Source of the DNA: Clostridiales bacterium
GTDB lineage: Bacteria; Bacillota; Clostridia; Christensenellales; HGM11417
Length of the DNA: 64,000 nt
NCBI GenBank assembly: GCA_012519285.1
Contig: JAAYQN010000007.1
Coordinates: 1,831-65,830, forward strand
Direction: 5' to 3'
The position numbers were made by a program, and so were the translations under genes. Shown one piece after another: positions 18,443 through 27,665 of the stretch (position 1 is the first letter of the stretch; every line of letters starts with the position of its first letter). A model generated the notes under the pieces. That model was not told where the DNA came from and ran no database searches. It saw only the letters and a list, made by a program, of their open reading frames with translations.

Positions 18443-20530
18443 ATGAATTTTGACAGAAAGATACTCGAAAAAGCACGGGCGCTGGAACGTTTTTCCGAAA
18501 AGGAGCTGTTTAAGGCGCTGGGGATAAAGCTGAAATCAGAGCGGGACCAGTGCAGGCATGCGCTCAAGCGGCTGGTAGAGGGGGGCGAGCTCGTGCGCGA
18601 AAAGAAGGGCGCGAGGTTCGCCGTGGCCGAAAAGACGGGCCTTATAAAGGGAAGGGTTGACGGCAACAGGCACGGCTTCGCCTTCATTATAAGGGAAGAC
18701 GGAAGGGAGGATATCTTCGTCCCCGCGAGAGGCCTCCACGGCGCCATGCACGGCGACTTGGTGCTTTGCAAGCTGACGAGAGGCGGCGGCAGGAGCGCCG
18801 AAGGCGAGGTGGTCTCCGTTCTGGAAAGGGGGACGGACACCATAGTGGGCACCTACCTATACGCTCACGGCTACGGCTTCGTGGAACCTGACGATACGCG
18901 CTACTATAAGGATATCTTCATCCCGCAGGAAGCAAGGGGCGGCGCCAGGCACGGCCAGAAGGTGGTCGCAAAGATTACCAATTACCCCGACTACAGGAAA
19001 AACCCCGAGGGAAAGATTACGGAGATACTTGGCGAGGCGGGCAGCATAGAGGCCGACATCCTCTCAATAATAAGGAGCTACGACCTCTACGAGGAGTTTG
19101 AGAGGAGCACGTTGAGGGCGGCGGCGAGGGTGCCTAAGAGCGTTTTTGAAGATGAGCTTACGGGAAGAGAAGACTTCAGGGAGGAGATAGTAATCACAAT
19201 AGACGGCGAGGACGCCAAAGACCTCGACGACGCCATCTCGATAAGCAAAGAGGGTGAAGATTTCATCTTAGGCGTGCACATCGCCGACGTCGCCCACTAT
19301 GTCGAGGGGGGCTCGCCGCTGGATTCCGAGGCGCTCCGGCGTGGCACCAGCGTATATTTTCCCGACAGGGTGTTTCCCATGCTGCCCAGGGAGCTCTCAA
19401 ACGGCATCTGCTCGCTGCACCCCGGAGTAGACAGGCTGACGCTCTCGGTGATAATGAGGGTCAACACCGAGGGACAGGTAGCTGCCTCGAAGATAGTAAA
19501 GTCCGTGATAAGGTCCAAGGCGAGGATGACTTATTCCTCGGTGCAGAAGATTTTGGACGGCGATGAGAGGGAGAGAGGGAAATACCCCCACCTTCTTGAG
19601 GCGATAGAGCTGATGAGGCAGCTCGCCGAAGTCTTGATATCCAAGCGGGGCAGGCGGGGCAGCATAGACTTTGACCTTCCCGAGTGCAAGGTGATTTTAG
19701 ATGAGGGGGGGAACGTGTTGGACATAGTTCCCTATCCCCGCGGCATGTCAAACCGCATAATAGAAGAGTTTATGATTCTCGCCAACGAGACGGTGGCGGA
19801 GACCTTTTACAAAAAGCAGCTGCCCTTTGTCTACCGGATACACGAGGAGCCCAGCCTTGAAAAGCTGCTCGCCTTCAAGACGCTGCTGAAAAGCCTCGGC
19901 TACATGCTCAAAAACGGCAGCCACCCAAGCCCTTCAGATTTTTCCATGCTGCTCGCCGAGATAGAGGGGAGGCCTGAGTATCCCATAATAAACAAGGTGA
20001 TGCTGAGGACCATGATGAAGGCGAGGTACTCGCCCGACTGCACAGGGCATTTCGGGCTGGCGTCAAAACACTACTGCCACTTCACCTCGCCCATAAGAAG
20101 ATACCCCGACCTGATGATACACCGCATAATAACGAGGGCCATGGACGGCGACCCGCGCCTTAGGCAGGAGAGGATGTTCGGGCTGGTGCGCGAGGTCAGC
20201 CTCCGTTCCAGCGAGCGCGAGCGCGTCGCCGAGGAGAGCGAGAGGGAGATAGACGACTATTACAAGGCGCGCTTTATGGAAAAGCGAATAGGCGAGGAGT
20301 ACGAGGGCGTAATAAGCGGCGTGACGGACTTTGGCATATTCGTGGAGCTTCCCAACACCGTGGAGGGCATGGTGAGGATAGAGAATCTGCCGCCCGACAC
20401 CTACAAGCACGACAAGGAGCTGTACCTTCTAAAGGGCAAGAGGCATACCTTCAGGCTGGGCGAAAAGGTGAGGGTGAAGGTGGACTTTGCAGACGCGCGC
20501 ACAAGGAGGATAAATTTCGTCCTCGTATAA
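18443..20530 (+). CDS. rnr: ribonuclease R
   Basis: 695 aa. Contains the RNB catalytic domain (IDGEDAKDLDDAISI, HFGLASKHYCHFTSPIRRYPDL) and a C-terminal S1 domain. It lies in the secG-rnr-smpB-ssrA neighbourhood. Confidence 0.93.
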   Translation: MNFDRKILEKARALERFSEKELFKALGIKLKSERDQCRHALKRLVEGGELVREKKGARFAVAEKTGLIKGRVDGNRHGFAFIIREDGREDIFVPARGLHGAMHGDLVLCKLTRGGGRSAEGEVVSVLERGTDTIVGTYLYAHGYGFVEPDDTRYYKDIFIPQEARGGARHGQKVVAKITNYPDYRKNPEGKITEILGEAGSIEADILSIIRSYDLYEEFERSTLRAAARVPKSVFEDELTGREDFREEIVITIDGEDAKDLDDAISISKEGEDFILGVHIADVAHYVEGGSPLDSEALRRGTSVYFPDRVFPMLPRELSNGICSLHPGVDRLTLSVIMRVNTEGQVAASKIVKSVIRSKARMTYSSVQKILDGDERERGKYPHLLEAIELMRQLAEVLISKRGRRGSIDFDLPECKVILDEGGNVLDIVPYPRGMSNRIIEEFMILANETVAETFYKKQLPFVYRIHEEPSLEKLLAFKTLLKSLGYMLKNGSHPSPSDFSMLLAEIEGRPEYPIINKVMLRTMMKARYSPDCTGHFGLASKHYCHFTSPIRRYPDLMIHRIITRAMDGDPRLRQERMFGLVREVSLRSSERERVAEESEREIDDYYKARFMEKRIGEEYEGVISGVTDFGIFVELPNTVEGMVRIENLPPDTYKHDKELYLLKGKRHTFRLGEKVRVKVDFADARTRRINFVLV

Positions 20531-20634
20531 AAGTCTATCTTTTGGGATGATTAAAAAGCTGTGATGAAGACGGCATCGCGTTTACAACTTATATACGTAT
20601 TATGATATTATAAATAAAAAAGGGGCTGTTTCAA

Positions 20635-21087
20635 TTGAAAGTGATAGCCGAAAACAAAAAGGTTAGGTTTGATTACTTTGTCGAGGAGACCTACGAGGCG
20701 GGGATTGAGCTTGAGGGGGCGGAGATAAAGTCGCTGAGGGCGGGCAACGTCAACTTGAGGGACAGCTTTTGCTTTATCAGGGACGGCGAGATTTACTTAA
20801 AGAACGCCCACATCAGCCCCTACGAGAAGGGGTGCAGCTTCAGCTCCTACGACCCCAGGAAGGACAGGAAGCTGCTCATGCACAAGAGCGAGATAATTCG
20901 CCTTTTTTCCAAGGTCACGAGGCAAGGCTACACCCTCGCCGTGACAAAGCTCTATTTCAAGGGCTCGCTGGTAAAGGCCGAGGTTTCCCTCTGCAAGGGC
21001 AAGAAGCTGCACGACAAGAGGATGGCCATCGCCGAGAGGGAGCAAAAGATTGCAGCCCAGAGGGCGATCAAGGAGTACAATCCTTAA
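20635..21087 (+). CDS. smpB: SsrA-binding protein
   Basis: 150 aa. NKKVRFDYFVEETYEAGIELEGAEIKSLR and a basic C-terminal tail. TTG start. Confidence 0.93.
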   Translation: MKVIAENKKVRFDYFVEETYEAGIELEGAEIKSLRAGNVNLRDSFCFIRDGEIYLKNAHISPYEKGCSFSSYDPRKDRKLLMHKSEIIRLFSKVTRQGYTLAVTKLYFKGSLVKAEVSLCKGKKLHDKRMAIAEREQKIAAQRAIKEYNP

Positions 21088-21173
21088 AGGCGCCGGCCGC
21101 AGAGCTTAGCTTTTAGTAAAAATTTACTCATACGCCAGATTATAAAGATACCAAACCAAAGAAGGAGGACAAT

Positions 21174-22097
21174 ATGCCGATAGTTATCCCAAAAGACATA
21201 CCTGCCTACAAGGTACTGACGGATGAGAACATCTTCGTCATGACCCACAAGCGGGCAATCACGCAGGACATCCGCCCCATCGAGATTGCCATCTTAAACC
21301 TCATGCCCACCAAGATTGAGACGGAAACCCAGCTGATGCGGCTGTTGTCTAATTCTCCTTTGCAGATGAATTTGACGCTGCTCAACACCGCCACTTACGA
21401 GAGCAAACACGTTTCCAAAGCGCACCTGGAGAAATTTTACAAGAGCTTCAATGAGGTAAAGCATAACAATTACGATGGCATGATAATAACGGGCGCGCCC
21501 GTGGAGATACTGTCTTTCGAGGACGTGCGCTACTGGGAGGAGCTGACGCAGATTTTCGATTTCGCCAAAAGGCACGTCACCAGCACCATCTTCATATGCT
21601 GGGGGGCGCAGGCGGCGCTGTACTACTATTACGGGATAAACAAGAAGGCGCTTCCCAATAAGATTTCGGGAGTATACGAGCACCGCTTGCTCACCCCGTA
21701 TGACCCGCTCATGAAGGGCATGGATGACCTGTTCTTCATGCCTCACAGCCGCTACACCGAATCGGACAGCGAGGCAATAAGAAAATGCAAGGACATAGCG
21801 GTAATGGCAGAATCCGACAAGGCGGGGCTCGCCATCTTAAAGTCCAAGGACAGCAGGCAGGTATATATATTCGGCCACTGCGAATACGATAGGGACACTC
21901 TGCTATACGAGTACGAGCGCGATATAGGAAAGGGCTTTAAAATCGACCCGCCCGAGAACTACTTTACCGACTTTGAGAAGAGGGAGGTCACGGTGCGCTG
22001 GAAGAGCGCCGCGAACGTGATGTTCACCAACTGGCTGAATTACTACGTATACCAGGTTACGCCCTACAACCTGGAGGAGATCTCTACCGCGCCTTAA
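21174..22097 (+). CDS. metA: homoserine O-acyltransferase (MetA family)
   Basis: MPIVIPKDIPAYKVLTDENIFVM...ILNLMPTKIETETQ..., with a catalytic region CWGAQA. 307 aa, RBS AAGGAGG. Confidence 0.9.
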   Translation: MPIVIPKDIPAYKVLTDENIFVMTHKRAITQDIRPIEIAILNLMPTKIETETQLMRLLSNSPLQMNLTLLNTATYESKHVSKAHLEKFYKSFNEVKHNNYDGMIITGAPVEILSFEDVRYWEELTQIFDFAKRHVTSTIFICWGAQAALYYYYGINKKALPNKISGVYEHRLLTPYDPLMKGMDDLFFMPHSRYTESDSEAIRKCKDIAVMAESDKAGLAILKSKDSRQVYIFGHCEYDRDTLLYEYERDIGKGFKIDPPENYFTDFEKREVTVRWKSAANVMFTNWLNYYVYQVTPYNLEEISTAP

Positions 22098-22191
22098 GGC
22101 AAAATGGGCTTGGGGGCAAAAAATTTTCGGAAAAAGCATAGGCGCGGCGGCATTATCAGCCATTTTTCGGGGCAAAAACCCAAATTGCCTG

Positions 22192-22220
22192 TTCACAAAA
22201 CACAAAAAATATGATATAAT
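22192..22220 (+). promoter_or_regulatory. promoter of ssrA
   Basis: TTCACA (22192-22197), 17-nt spacer, TATAAT (22215-22220) preceded by TGA (extended -10). Confidence 0.6.
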
Positions 22221-22251
22221 AATACTGGCGGCTTGAAGGCCGCGAATACAT

Positions 22252-22613
22252 GGGGATGCACCGGTTTCGACTGGGGCTTGTTGGTAAAGAGAAGCGTGCC
22301 GCAGGGTTGGCTGCGTCAAAAACACGCCTAAAAATTAAACGCAAACAATAATGCGGGATATCCCGCAGCTATTGCCGCTTAAAATTTAGCGGCATGTCCT
22401 GCCCGCCTTACCCAAAGAGGCGAAACAGGGCACAATCAAATTTGGGGTACTGTAAGGGCCTTTGCCCCGCGGCCTTTGCGGAATTTAAGGGGCTGCAGGC
22501 GAGCGGCTGTGCCGGCTGTAGTCGCCAGCCCAAAGTATAAGCACCGGCTACGCACGTAGAAGGCTTTATGGGCAGGTCTCAGGACGGGGGTTCGACTCCC
22601 CCCATCTCCACCA
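22252..22613 (+). ncRNA. ssrA: transfer-messenger RNA (tmRNA)
   Basis: The 5' GGGGATGCACCGGTTTCGAC pairs with a tRNA-like 3' end GGACGGGGGTTCGACTCCCCCCATCTCCACCA. The internal tag frame GCA AAC AAT AAT GCG GGA TAT CCC GCA GCT ATT GCC GCT TAA (22341-22382) encodes ANNNAGYPAAIAA. Confidence 0.92.
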
Positions 22614-22615
22614 AT

Positions 22616-22646
22616 CCCTACATATGTAGGGTTTTTTCTTTTTTCC
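22616..22646 (+). terminator. rho-independent terminator after ssrA
   Basis: Palindrome CCCTACATATGTAGGG followed by a long T-run. Confidence 0.8.
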
Positions 22647-22762
22647 CTCTCTTTTTAATCACTCAAAAGGATTCATCTGGTTTAAAAATATGTTTTTTTA
22701 AAACAGTTATTGTGCTAAAAGTAAAGGCTCAAAAATCCTTTTATCTTTTTTCTTTTCCGTTA

Positions 22763-22791
22763 TTGACATAAGGCACAACATATTGTATAAT
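22763..22791 (+). promoter_or_regulatory. sigma-A-type promoter of nrdD
   Basis: TTGACA (22763-22768), 17-nt spacer, TATAAT (22786-22791). Confidence 0.75.
22774..22789 (+). promoter_or_regulatory. NrdR box 1
   Basis: CACAACATATTGTATA resembles the 16-bp NrdR palindrome (acaCwAtATaTwgtgt) and overlaps the promoter spacer and -10. Confidence 0.6.
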
Positions 22792-22805
22792 AGTTTTCAC
22801 CACGC

Positions 22806-22821
22806 CACAATATATAGTATC
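22806..22821 (+). promoter_or_regulatory. NrdR box 2
   Basis: CACAATATATAGTATC starts 32 bp downstream of the start of box 1, which is the usual tandem-box phasing. Confidence 0.6.
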
Positions 22822-22836
22822 AGAGGGGTTTTTATT

Positions 22837-25101
22837 ATGGTGCCAAGCCATATTGTAAAGAGAAACGGGGCATTAGCGCCCTTTAACGCACAGAAGATTT
22901 ACGACGCGATGTACAAGGCGAACATTGCGGTTGAAGACGAGGTTATCCTGCCGGAGGACTTGAGGATGCTCACGAACGCCGTCGTAAGCCGCATTCCCGA
23001 GGTCGAGGTGCCCAACGTGGAGCAGGTTCAGGACATCGTGGAGGAGGCGCTGATAAAGGCGGGCTACGCAAAAACGGCCAAGGCATACATACTCTACCGC
23101 GCCCAGCGCTCCAGGATAAGGCAGTCCAAGGACGAGTTGATGGAAATCTACAGTGAGCTAACCTACTCTTACGCCAAGGACGTCGACATCAAGCGCGAGA
23201 ACGCCAACATCGACGCTGACACCGCCATGGGCACCATGCTAAAGTACGGCTCTGAGGGCTCAAAATACTTCATCGACAATTATATCCTGCCAAAGGACAT
23301 CGCAGCTGCGCACGCCGAGGGCGACATCCATATCCACGACAAGGACTTTTACATGCTTACCGAGACCTGCTGCCAGATTGATCTCATCAAGCTGTTCAAA
23401 GGGGGCTTTTCCACGGGGCACGGTTATCTTCGCGAGCCAAACAGCATTCACAGCTACGCGGCGCTGGCGTGCATCGCCATTCAGGCAAATCAGAACGAAA
23501 TGCACGGGGGCCAGAGCATCCCCAATTTCGACTACGCCATGGCTCAGGGCGTGGCAAAGACCTTCAAAAAGGAATACCTTCAGGCGCTCGAGGTCATCCT
23601 TCGAGTTGCCAATAAGCTCTCGGGTGAGGAGGCGAGGCGGCTGACTGAGGAAATAAAGGGAGAGCTTCCCGTTCCCAAAATCGGCAACAAAGAGGAATTC
23701 GGAAGGCAGCTTGCGGAATACCTTGCCCAAAAAGGCTTAAGTGGTGGTGAGGATGCCTTTTTGCAAATGCACGAGCAGGCGTACGACATCGCCTACCAAA
23801 AGGCCGACGAGGCCACCCACCAGGCGATGGAGGCGTTGATTCACAACCTCAACACCATGAATTCGCGCGCGGGGGCGCAGGTACCATTTTCTTCAATAAA
23901 CTACGGCACGGATACTTCCCCCGAGGGGAGGATGGCCATCCGCAACCTTCTCCTTGCCACCGACGAGGGATTGGGAGGCGGCGAGACTCCAATCTTTCCC
24001 GTGCAGATATTCAAGGTCAAGGAAGGGGAAAACTTCAACCCCGGCGACCCCAACTACGACCTCTTTAAGCTCGCCATAAAGACCTCGGCGAAGAGGCTTT
24101 TCCCAAACTTCAGCTTCCTCGACGCGCCCTTCAACCTCGCCTATTACAGGGAAGGCGACTACAACACCGAAGTGGCTTACATGGGCTGCCGCACCCGCGT
24201 CATCGGCAACGTGCACGACAGGGCGCGCGAGGTCACCTGCGGCAGGGGAAACCTCAGCTTCACTTCCATTAACCTTCCCCGCATAGGCATCGAGGCAAAA
24301 AAAGACCTCGGCAAATTCTTCGCCATGCTCGACGGGATAATGGAGCTGGTCTTTAGGCAGCTGCTTCACCGCTTCAAGATACAGTGCTCAAAGAAGGCGA
24401 GAAATTATCCCTTCCTTATGGGCCAGGGCATCTGGCTTAACTCCGACAAGCTGGGCCCCGACGACACAGTTGGGGAGGTGCTGAGGCACGGCACGCTCAC
24501 CGTGGGCTTTATCGGCCTCGCTGAGACCTTGAAGGCGCTCATTGGAAAGCACCACGGAGAGAGCGACGAAGCCCAAAAATTAGGCCTTGAGATAATAGGT
24601 TTTATGAGAAAGAAAACCGATGAGCAATCGCAGAAGACGGGATTCAATTTCACCCTGCTCGCCACGCCCGCCGAGGGCCTGAGCGGCAGGTTTGTCCATA
24701 TAGACAGGAAAAGGTACGGCGTCATCGAGGGGGTGACCGACAGGGAATACTACACCAATTCCTTCCACATTCCCGTGTACTTCCCCATAAGCGCCTACAG
24801 GAAAATAAAACTTGAGGCGTCCTACCACAGCCTCTGCAACGCCGGGCACATCAGCTACGTGGAGCTTGACGGCGACACCAGCAAGAACCTCGATGCATTC
24901 GAGGCCATAATCCGCTTCATGAAAGAGGCGGGCGTGGGCTACGGCTCCATTAACCATCCCGTGGACCGCGACCCCGTATGCGGCTACACGGGCGTCATCG
25001 GCGAGGTGTGCCCACGCTGCGGCCGCCGAGAGGGCGAGGAGGTCAGCGTCGAGAAGCTTAACGAGCTGAGGAAAAAATATCCCAATGTACCGGTATACTG
25101 A
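22837..25101 (+). CDS. nrdD: anaerobic ribonucleoside-triphosphate reductase, large polypeptide lacking the glycyl-radical motif
   Basis: From ATG 22837 (GAGGGG upstream). It has an N-terminal ATP-cone (HIVKRNGALAPFNAQKIYDAM), the class III core, and a C-terminal Zn ribbon CGYTGVIGEVCPRCG. The ORF stops at 25099-25101, before any RxxGY glycyl-radical motif. Confidence 0.9.
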   Translation: MVPSHIVKRNGALAPFNAQKIYDAMYKANIAVEDEVILPEDLRMLTNAVVSRIPEVEVPNVEQVQDIVEEALIKAGYAKTAKAYILYRAQRSRIRQSKDELMEIYSELTYSYAKDVDIKRENANIDADTAMGTMLKYGSEGSKYFIDNYILPKDIAAAHAEGDIHIHDKDFYMLTETCCQIDLIKLFKGGFSTGHGYLREPNSIHSYAALACIAIQANQNEMHGGQSIPNFDYAMAQGVAKTFKKEYLQALEVILRVANKLSGEEARRLTEEIKGELPVPKIGNKEEFGRQLAEYLAQKGLSGGEDAFLQMHEQAYDIAYQKADEATHQAMEALIHNLNTMNSRAGAQVPFSSINYGTDTSPEGRMAIRNLLLATDEGLGGGETPIFPVQIFKVKEGENFNPGDPNYDLFKLAIKTSAKRLFPNFSFLDAPFNLAYYREGDYNTEVAYMGCRTRVIGNVHDRAREVTCGRGNLSFTSINLPRIGIEAKKDLGKFFAMLDGIMELVFRQLLHRFKIQCSKKARNYPFLMGQGIWLNSDKLGPDDTVGEVLRHGTLTVGFIGLAETLKALIGKHHGESDEAQKLGLEIIGFMRKKTDEQSQKTGFNFTLLATPAEGLSGRFVHIDRKRYGVIEGVTDREYYTNSFHIPVYFPISAYRKIKLEASYHSLCNAGHISYVELDGDTSKNLDAFEAIIRFMKEAGVGYGSINHPVDRDPVCGYTGVIGEVCPRCGRREGEEVSVEKLNELRKKYPNVPVY

Positions 25102-25117
25102 AAAAGGAGTTGACGTC

Positions 25118-25267
25118 ATGGGCAACAATCAGAGAAAAGAAACCATAGGAAAGGGCGTAAAGTTCGAAAGGGTACGCCGCATAACGGGCTACCTCGTGGG
25201 GACCACCGAGCGCTTTAATGACGCCAAGCGCGCCGAAGAGAGGGACAGGGTAAAGCATGGCGTATAG
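25118..25267 (+). CDS. 49-aa ORF encoding the NrdD glycyl-radical motif (separate subunit or frameshifted C-terminus of nrdD)
   Basis: MGNNQRKETIGKGVKFERVRRITGYLVGTTERFNDAKRAEERDRVKHGV contains the RxxGYL glycyl-radical signature and the RVKH tail normally found at the NrdD C-terminus. GGAG lies 8 nt upstream of the ATG. The 3' end overlaps the nrdG start by 11 nt. Confidence 0.6.
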   Translation: MGNNQRKETIGKGVKFERVRRITGYLVGTTERFNDAKRAEERDRVKHGV

Positions 25268-25793
25268 CTTGCGCGTAAGCGGCATAGTACCGGAATCCAT
25301 AGTCGACGGCCCGGGCATAAGGTATGCGGTGTTTGTGCAGGGCTGCCCGCACCGCTGCCCGGGCTGCCACAATCCCCAGACTCACGATTTTGAGGGCGGG
25401 CAGGATATGGGCATCGGCGAGATAGCCGCCCAAATCGAGGAAAACCCCCTGCTTACGGGAGTGACCTTTTCGGGGGGCGAGCCCTTTTGCCAGGCGGAGG
25501 CGCTCTACTGGCTCGGCCTGAAGGTAAAGGCTATGGGGAAAAATCTCATAATCTACACCGGTTACACCATCGAGCAACTGCTTGTGATGGAAAAGAGACG
25601 GTCTTACGTCGGAAAGCTGCTGCGGCTTGCAGACACCCTCATTGACGGGCCATACGTCGAGAGCCTGCGAGACCTCGACCTGCCATTTCGAGGCAGCTCA
25701 AACCAGAGAATAATCGACGTAAAGGAATATTTTTCAAAGCAGGGGCGCGGCGAGCAAGCAGAGAGAGAAAGCGGCGCTTTAATAACCGTGTAA
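25257..25793 (+). CDS. nrdG: anaerobic ribonucleotide reductase activating protein (radical SAM)
   Basis: SIVDGPGIRYAVFVQGCPHRCPGCHNPQTH is the NrdG-type CxxxCxxC cluster motif. 178 aa. Confidence 0.9.
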   Translation: MAYSLRVSGIVPESIVDGPGIRYAVFVQGCPHRCPGCHNPQTHDFEGGQDMGIGEIAAQIEENPLLTGVTFSGGEPFCQAEALYWLGLKVKAMGKNLIIYTGYTIEQLLVMEKRRSYVGKLLRLADTLIDGPYVESLRDLDLPFRGSSNQRIIDVKEYFSKQGRGEQAERESGALITV

Positions 25794-25811
25794 AAATCAA
25801 CGCTTAAAAAG

Positions 25812-25840
25812 AGGGCTGAAAAACAGCCCTTTTTAATTTA
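25812..25840 (+). terminator. rho-independent terminator after nrdG
   Basis: AGGGCTG-AAAAA-CAGCCCT followed by TTTTTAATTT. Confidence 0.75.
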
Positions 25841-25934
25841 ATTCATAAAAGGTTTACATTGCTTAGGGAGCGCAAGGGCGAGCCGAGGTTTTCTCCAGCG
25901 AGCAAGACCTCAAAGCCCCAAATCCCAGGATGCC

Positions 25935-27665
25935 TTAAATCCCCTCAAACTGAATCTCGTAGTATTTCCTGTACAGCCCTCCTTCCCTTTCCATAAGCTC
26001 ATCGTGAGACCCGCTTTCGACCACCCTGCCGTCGTCTATCACGATGATATTGTCTGCGTTCATTATCGTCGACAGCCTGTGCGCTATCATCAAGGTGGTG
26101 CGGCCGCTCGAGAGCTTGTTCAGCGCCGCCTGGATGTGCTTTTCGCTCTCGTTGTCGAGGGAGCTCGTCGCCTCGTCCAGAATCAAGATATTTGGGTTTT
26201 TCAAAAACACCCTCGCGATGGAAAGCCGCTGCTTTTGCCCGCCCGACAGCAGCGCCCCCCTTTCCCCCACGAAGGTATCGTAGCCGTTGGGCAGGCTCAT
26301 TATAAATTCATGTATGTCCGCCTTTTTCGCCGCCTCGACTATCTCCTCAAACGTGGCTTTCGGCTTCCCGTAGGCGATATTTTCCCTTATGGTGCCGCCG
26401 AAGATGTAGATGTCCTGTTGCACTATGCCTATGTTTTTACGGAGCGACCTTAAGCTGATATCTTTGATGTTTATCCCGCCGATGGTTATCTCGCCCGAAA
26501 TCACGTCGTAGAATCTCGGCAGCAGGGAGCATATCGTGGTCTTGCCGCCGCCCGACGGACCCACCAGCGCGGTGGTCCTGCCCTGCGGAATGGTGATGGA
26601 GGCGCCGTGCAGCACCGGCACCTTTTCATCGTAGTGGAAAAAGACGTCCTTGTACACGATATCCCCATTTAAATTGTCTATGCGCAAGCCCTTCTTGTCG
26701 TCCGCGACCTCGGGCTCGGTCTCTATAACCTCGGTGAAGCGCCGAAAGCCCGAAAACCCCCTCTGAAACATTTCTGTAAAGTTTATCAGCACGTTAAGGG
26801 GCGCTATGAAAATGCCGATGTAGAGGAAATACAGAGCGAAGTCCACCGGGGAAAGCTGGCCCCTATACACGAAGTACCCTCCCGACAGCATGGCGGCTAT
26901 ATACAGTACCCCCTGCATAAAAGAGTTTACAGCGTGGTAGGAGCCCATCGCCTTGTAGGAGAGCGACTTTGTATTGAAATATTCCTCGTTGTCCCTGTCG
27001 AACTTGCGGTGCTCGAGCTCCTCGTTGGTAAAGGATTTTACCACCTTTATGCCCAGCAGGCTATCCTGCACCCTGGCGTTGACCTTGGCGATCTTCTTCC
27101 TGTTCTGCGTGAATATCTCGCGCATCCTCCTGTTTTTGCGCAGGCTGTAAAAGAACATGATTACGGTTATCGAGAGAAGTATGAGCGTCATGGGCACGTT
27201 GAGGAAAATCAGCAGCAAAAAGGAGCCCGTTATCTTGAGTACCGAGAGGATGATGTTTTCGGGGCCGTGGTGCGCCAGTTCGGCTATGTCGAAGAGGTCT
27301 CCGACGAGCTTCGACACCATCTCGCCGGTGTTGTTCTTGTCGTAGTAGGAAAAGGAGAGGCGCTGGTAATGATAGAAAAGCTGCCTCCTCATGTCGCTCT
27401 CAATCCTTGCGCCCATAATGTGACCCCACGAGGTGATAAAGTATTGGCAGCCAAGCCTTATTATGTACCCCACGAGCATCGCTGCCGCGACGGCCGCCAG
27501 CATGGGCAGGATGTTTGCTGTCTCGCCGCCGCTAATCTTGCCTGTGACAAACCTCAGAGCCTGCGGGAGAGCCAGGTCAATCCCCGCAACCGCGAGCGCG
27601 CATAGCATGTCTGCGGAAAAAAGCCCAAGGTACGGCCTGTAATACCTCAAAAATTTCCGTATCAT
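25935..27665 (-). CDS. ABC exporter, fused permease/ATPase (type I, MsbA/multidrug-like)
   Basis: 576 aa. An N-terminal 6-TM domain is followed by an NBD with Walker A GPSGGGKTT, signature LSGGQKQRLSIAR and Walker B ILILDEATS. Confidence 0.85.
   Translation of the reverse strand: MIRKFLRYYRPYLGLFSADMLCALAVAGIDLALPQALRFVTGKISGGETANILPMLAAVAAAMLVGYIIRLGCQYFITSWGHIMGARIESDMRRQLFYHYQRLSFSYYDKNNTGEMVSKLVGDLFDIAELAHHGPENIILSVLKITGSFLLLIFLNVPMTLILLSITVIMFFYSLRKNRRMREIFTQNRKKIAKVNARVQDSLLGIKVVKSFTNEELEHRKFDRDNEEYFNTKSLSYKAMGSYHAVNSFMQGVLYIAAMLSGGYFVYRGQLSPVDFALYFLYIGIFIAPLNVLINFTEMFQRGFSGFRRFTEVIETEPEVADDKKGLRIDNLNGDIVYKDVFFHYDEKVPVLHGASITIPQGRTTALVGPSGGGKTTICSLLPRFYDVISGEITIGGINIKDISLRSLRKNIGIVQQDIYIFGGTIRENIAYGKPKATFEEIVEAAKKADIHEFIMSLPNGYDTFVGERGALLSGGQKQRLSIARVFLKNPNILILDEATSSLDNESEKHIQAALNKLSSGRTTLMIAHRLSTIMNADNIIVIDDGRVVESGSHDELMEREGGLYRKYYEIQFEGI

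Noticed and set aside
22252-22760. tmRNA (and tRNA-Leu at 30228-30317) as an integration site for an island or prophage
   Set aside because: I found no downstream direct repeat of the 3' ends and no integrase. The flanking genes are housekeeping genes of native composition.
22568-22771. 67-aa ORF starting inside the 3' end of tmRNA
   Set aside because: It overlaps the tRNA-like domain and the terminator, and it has no RBS.
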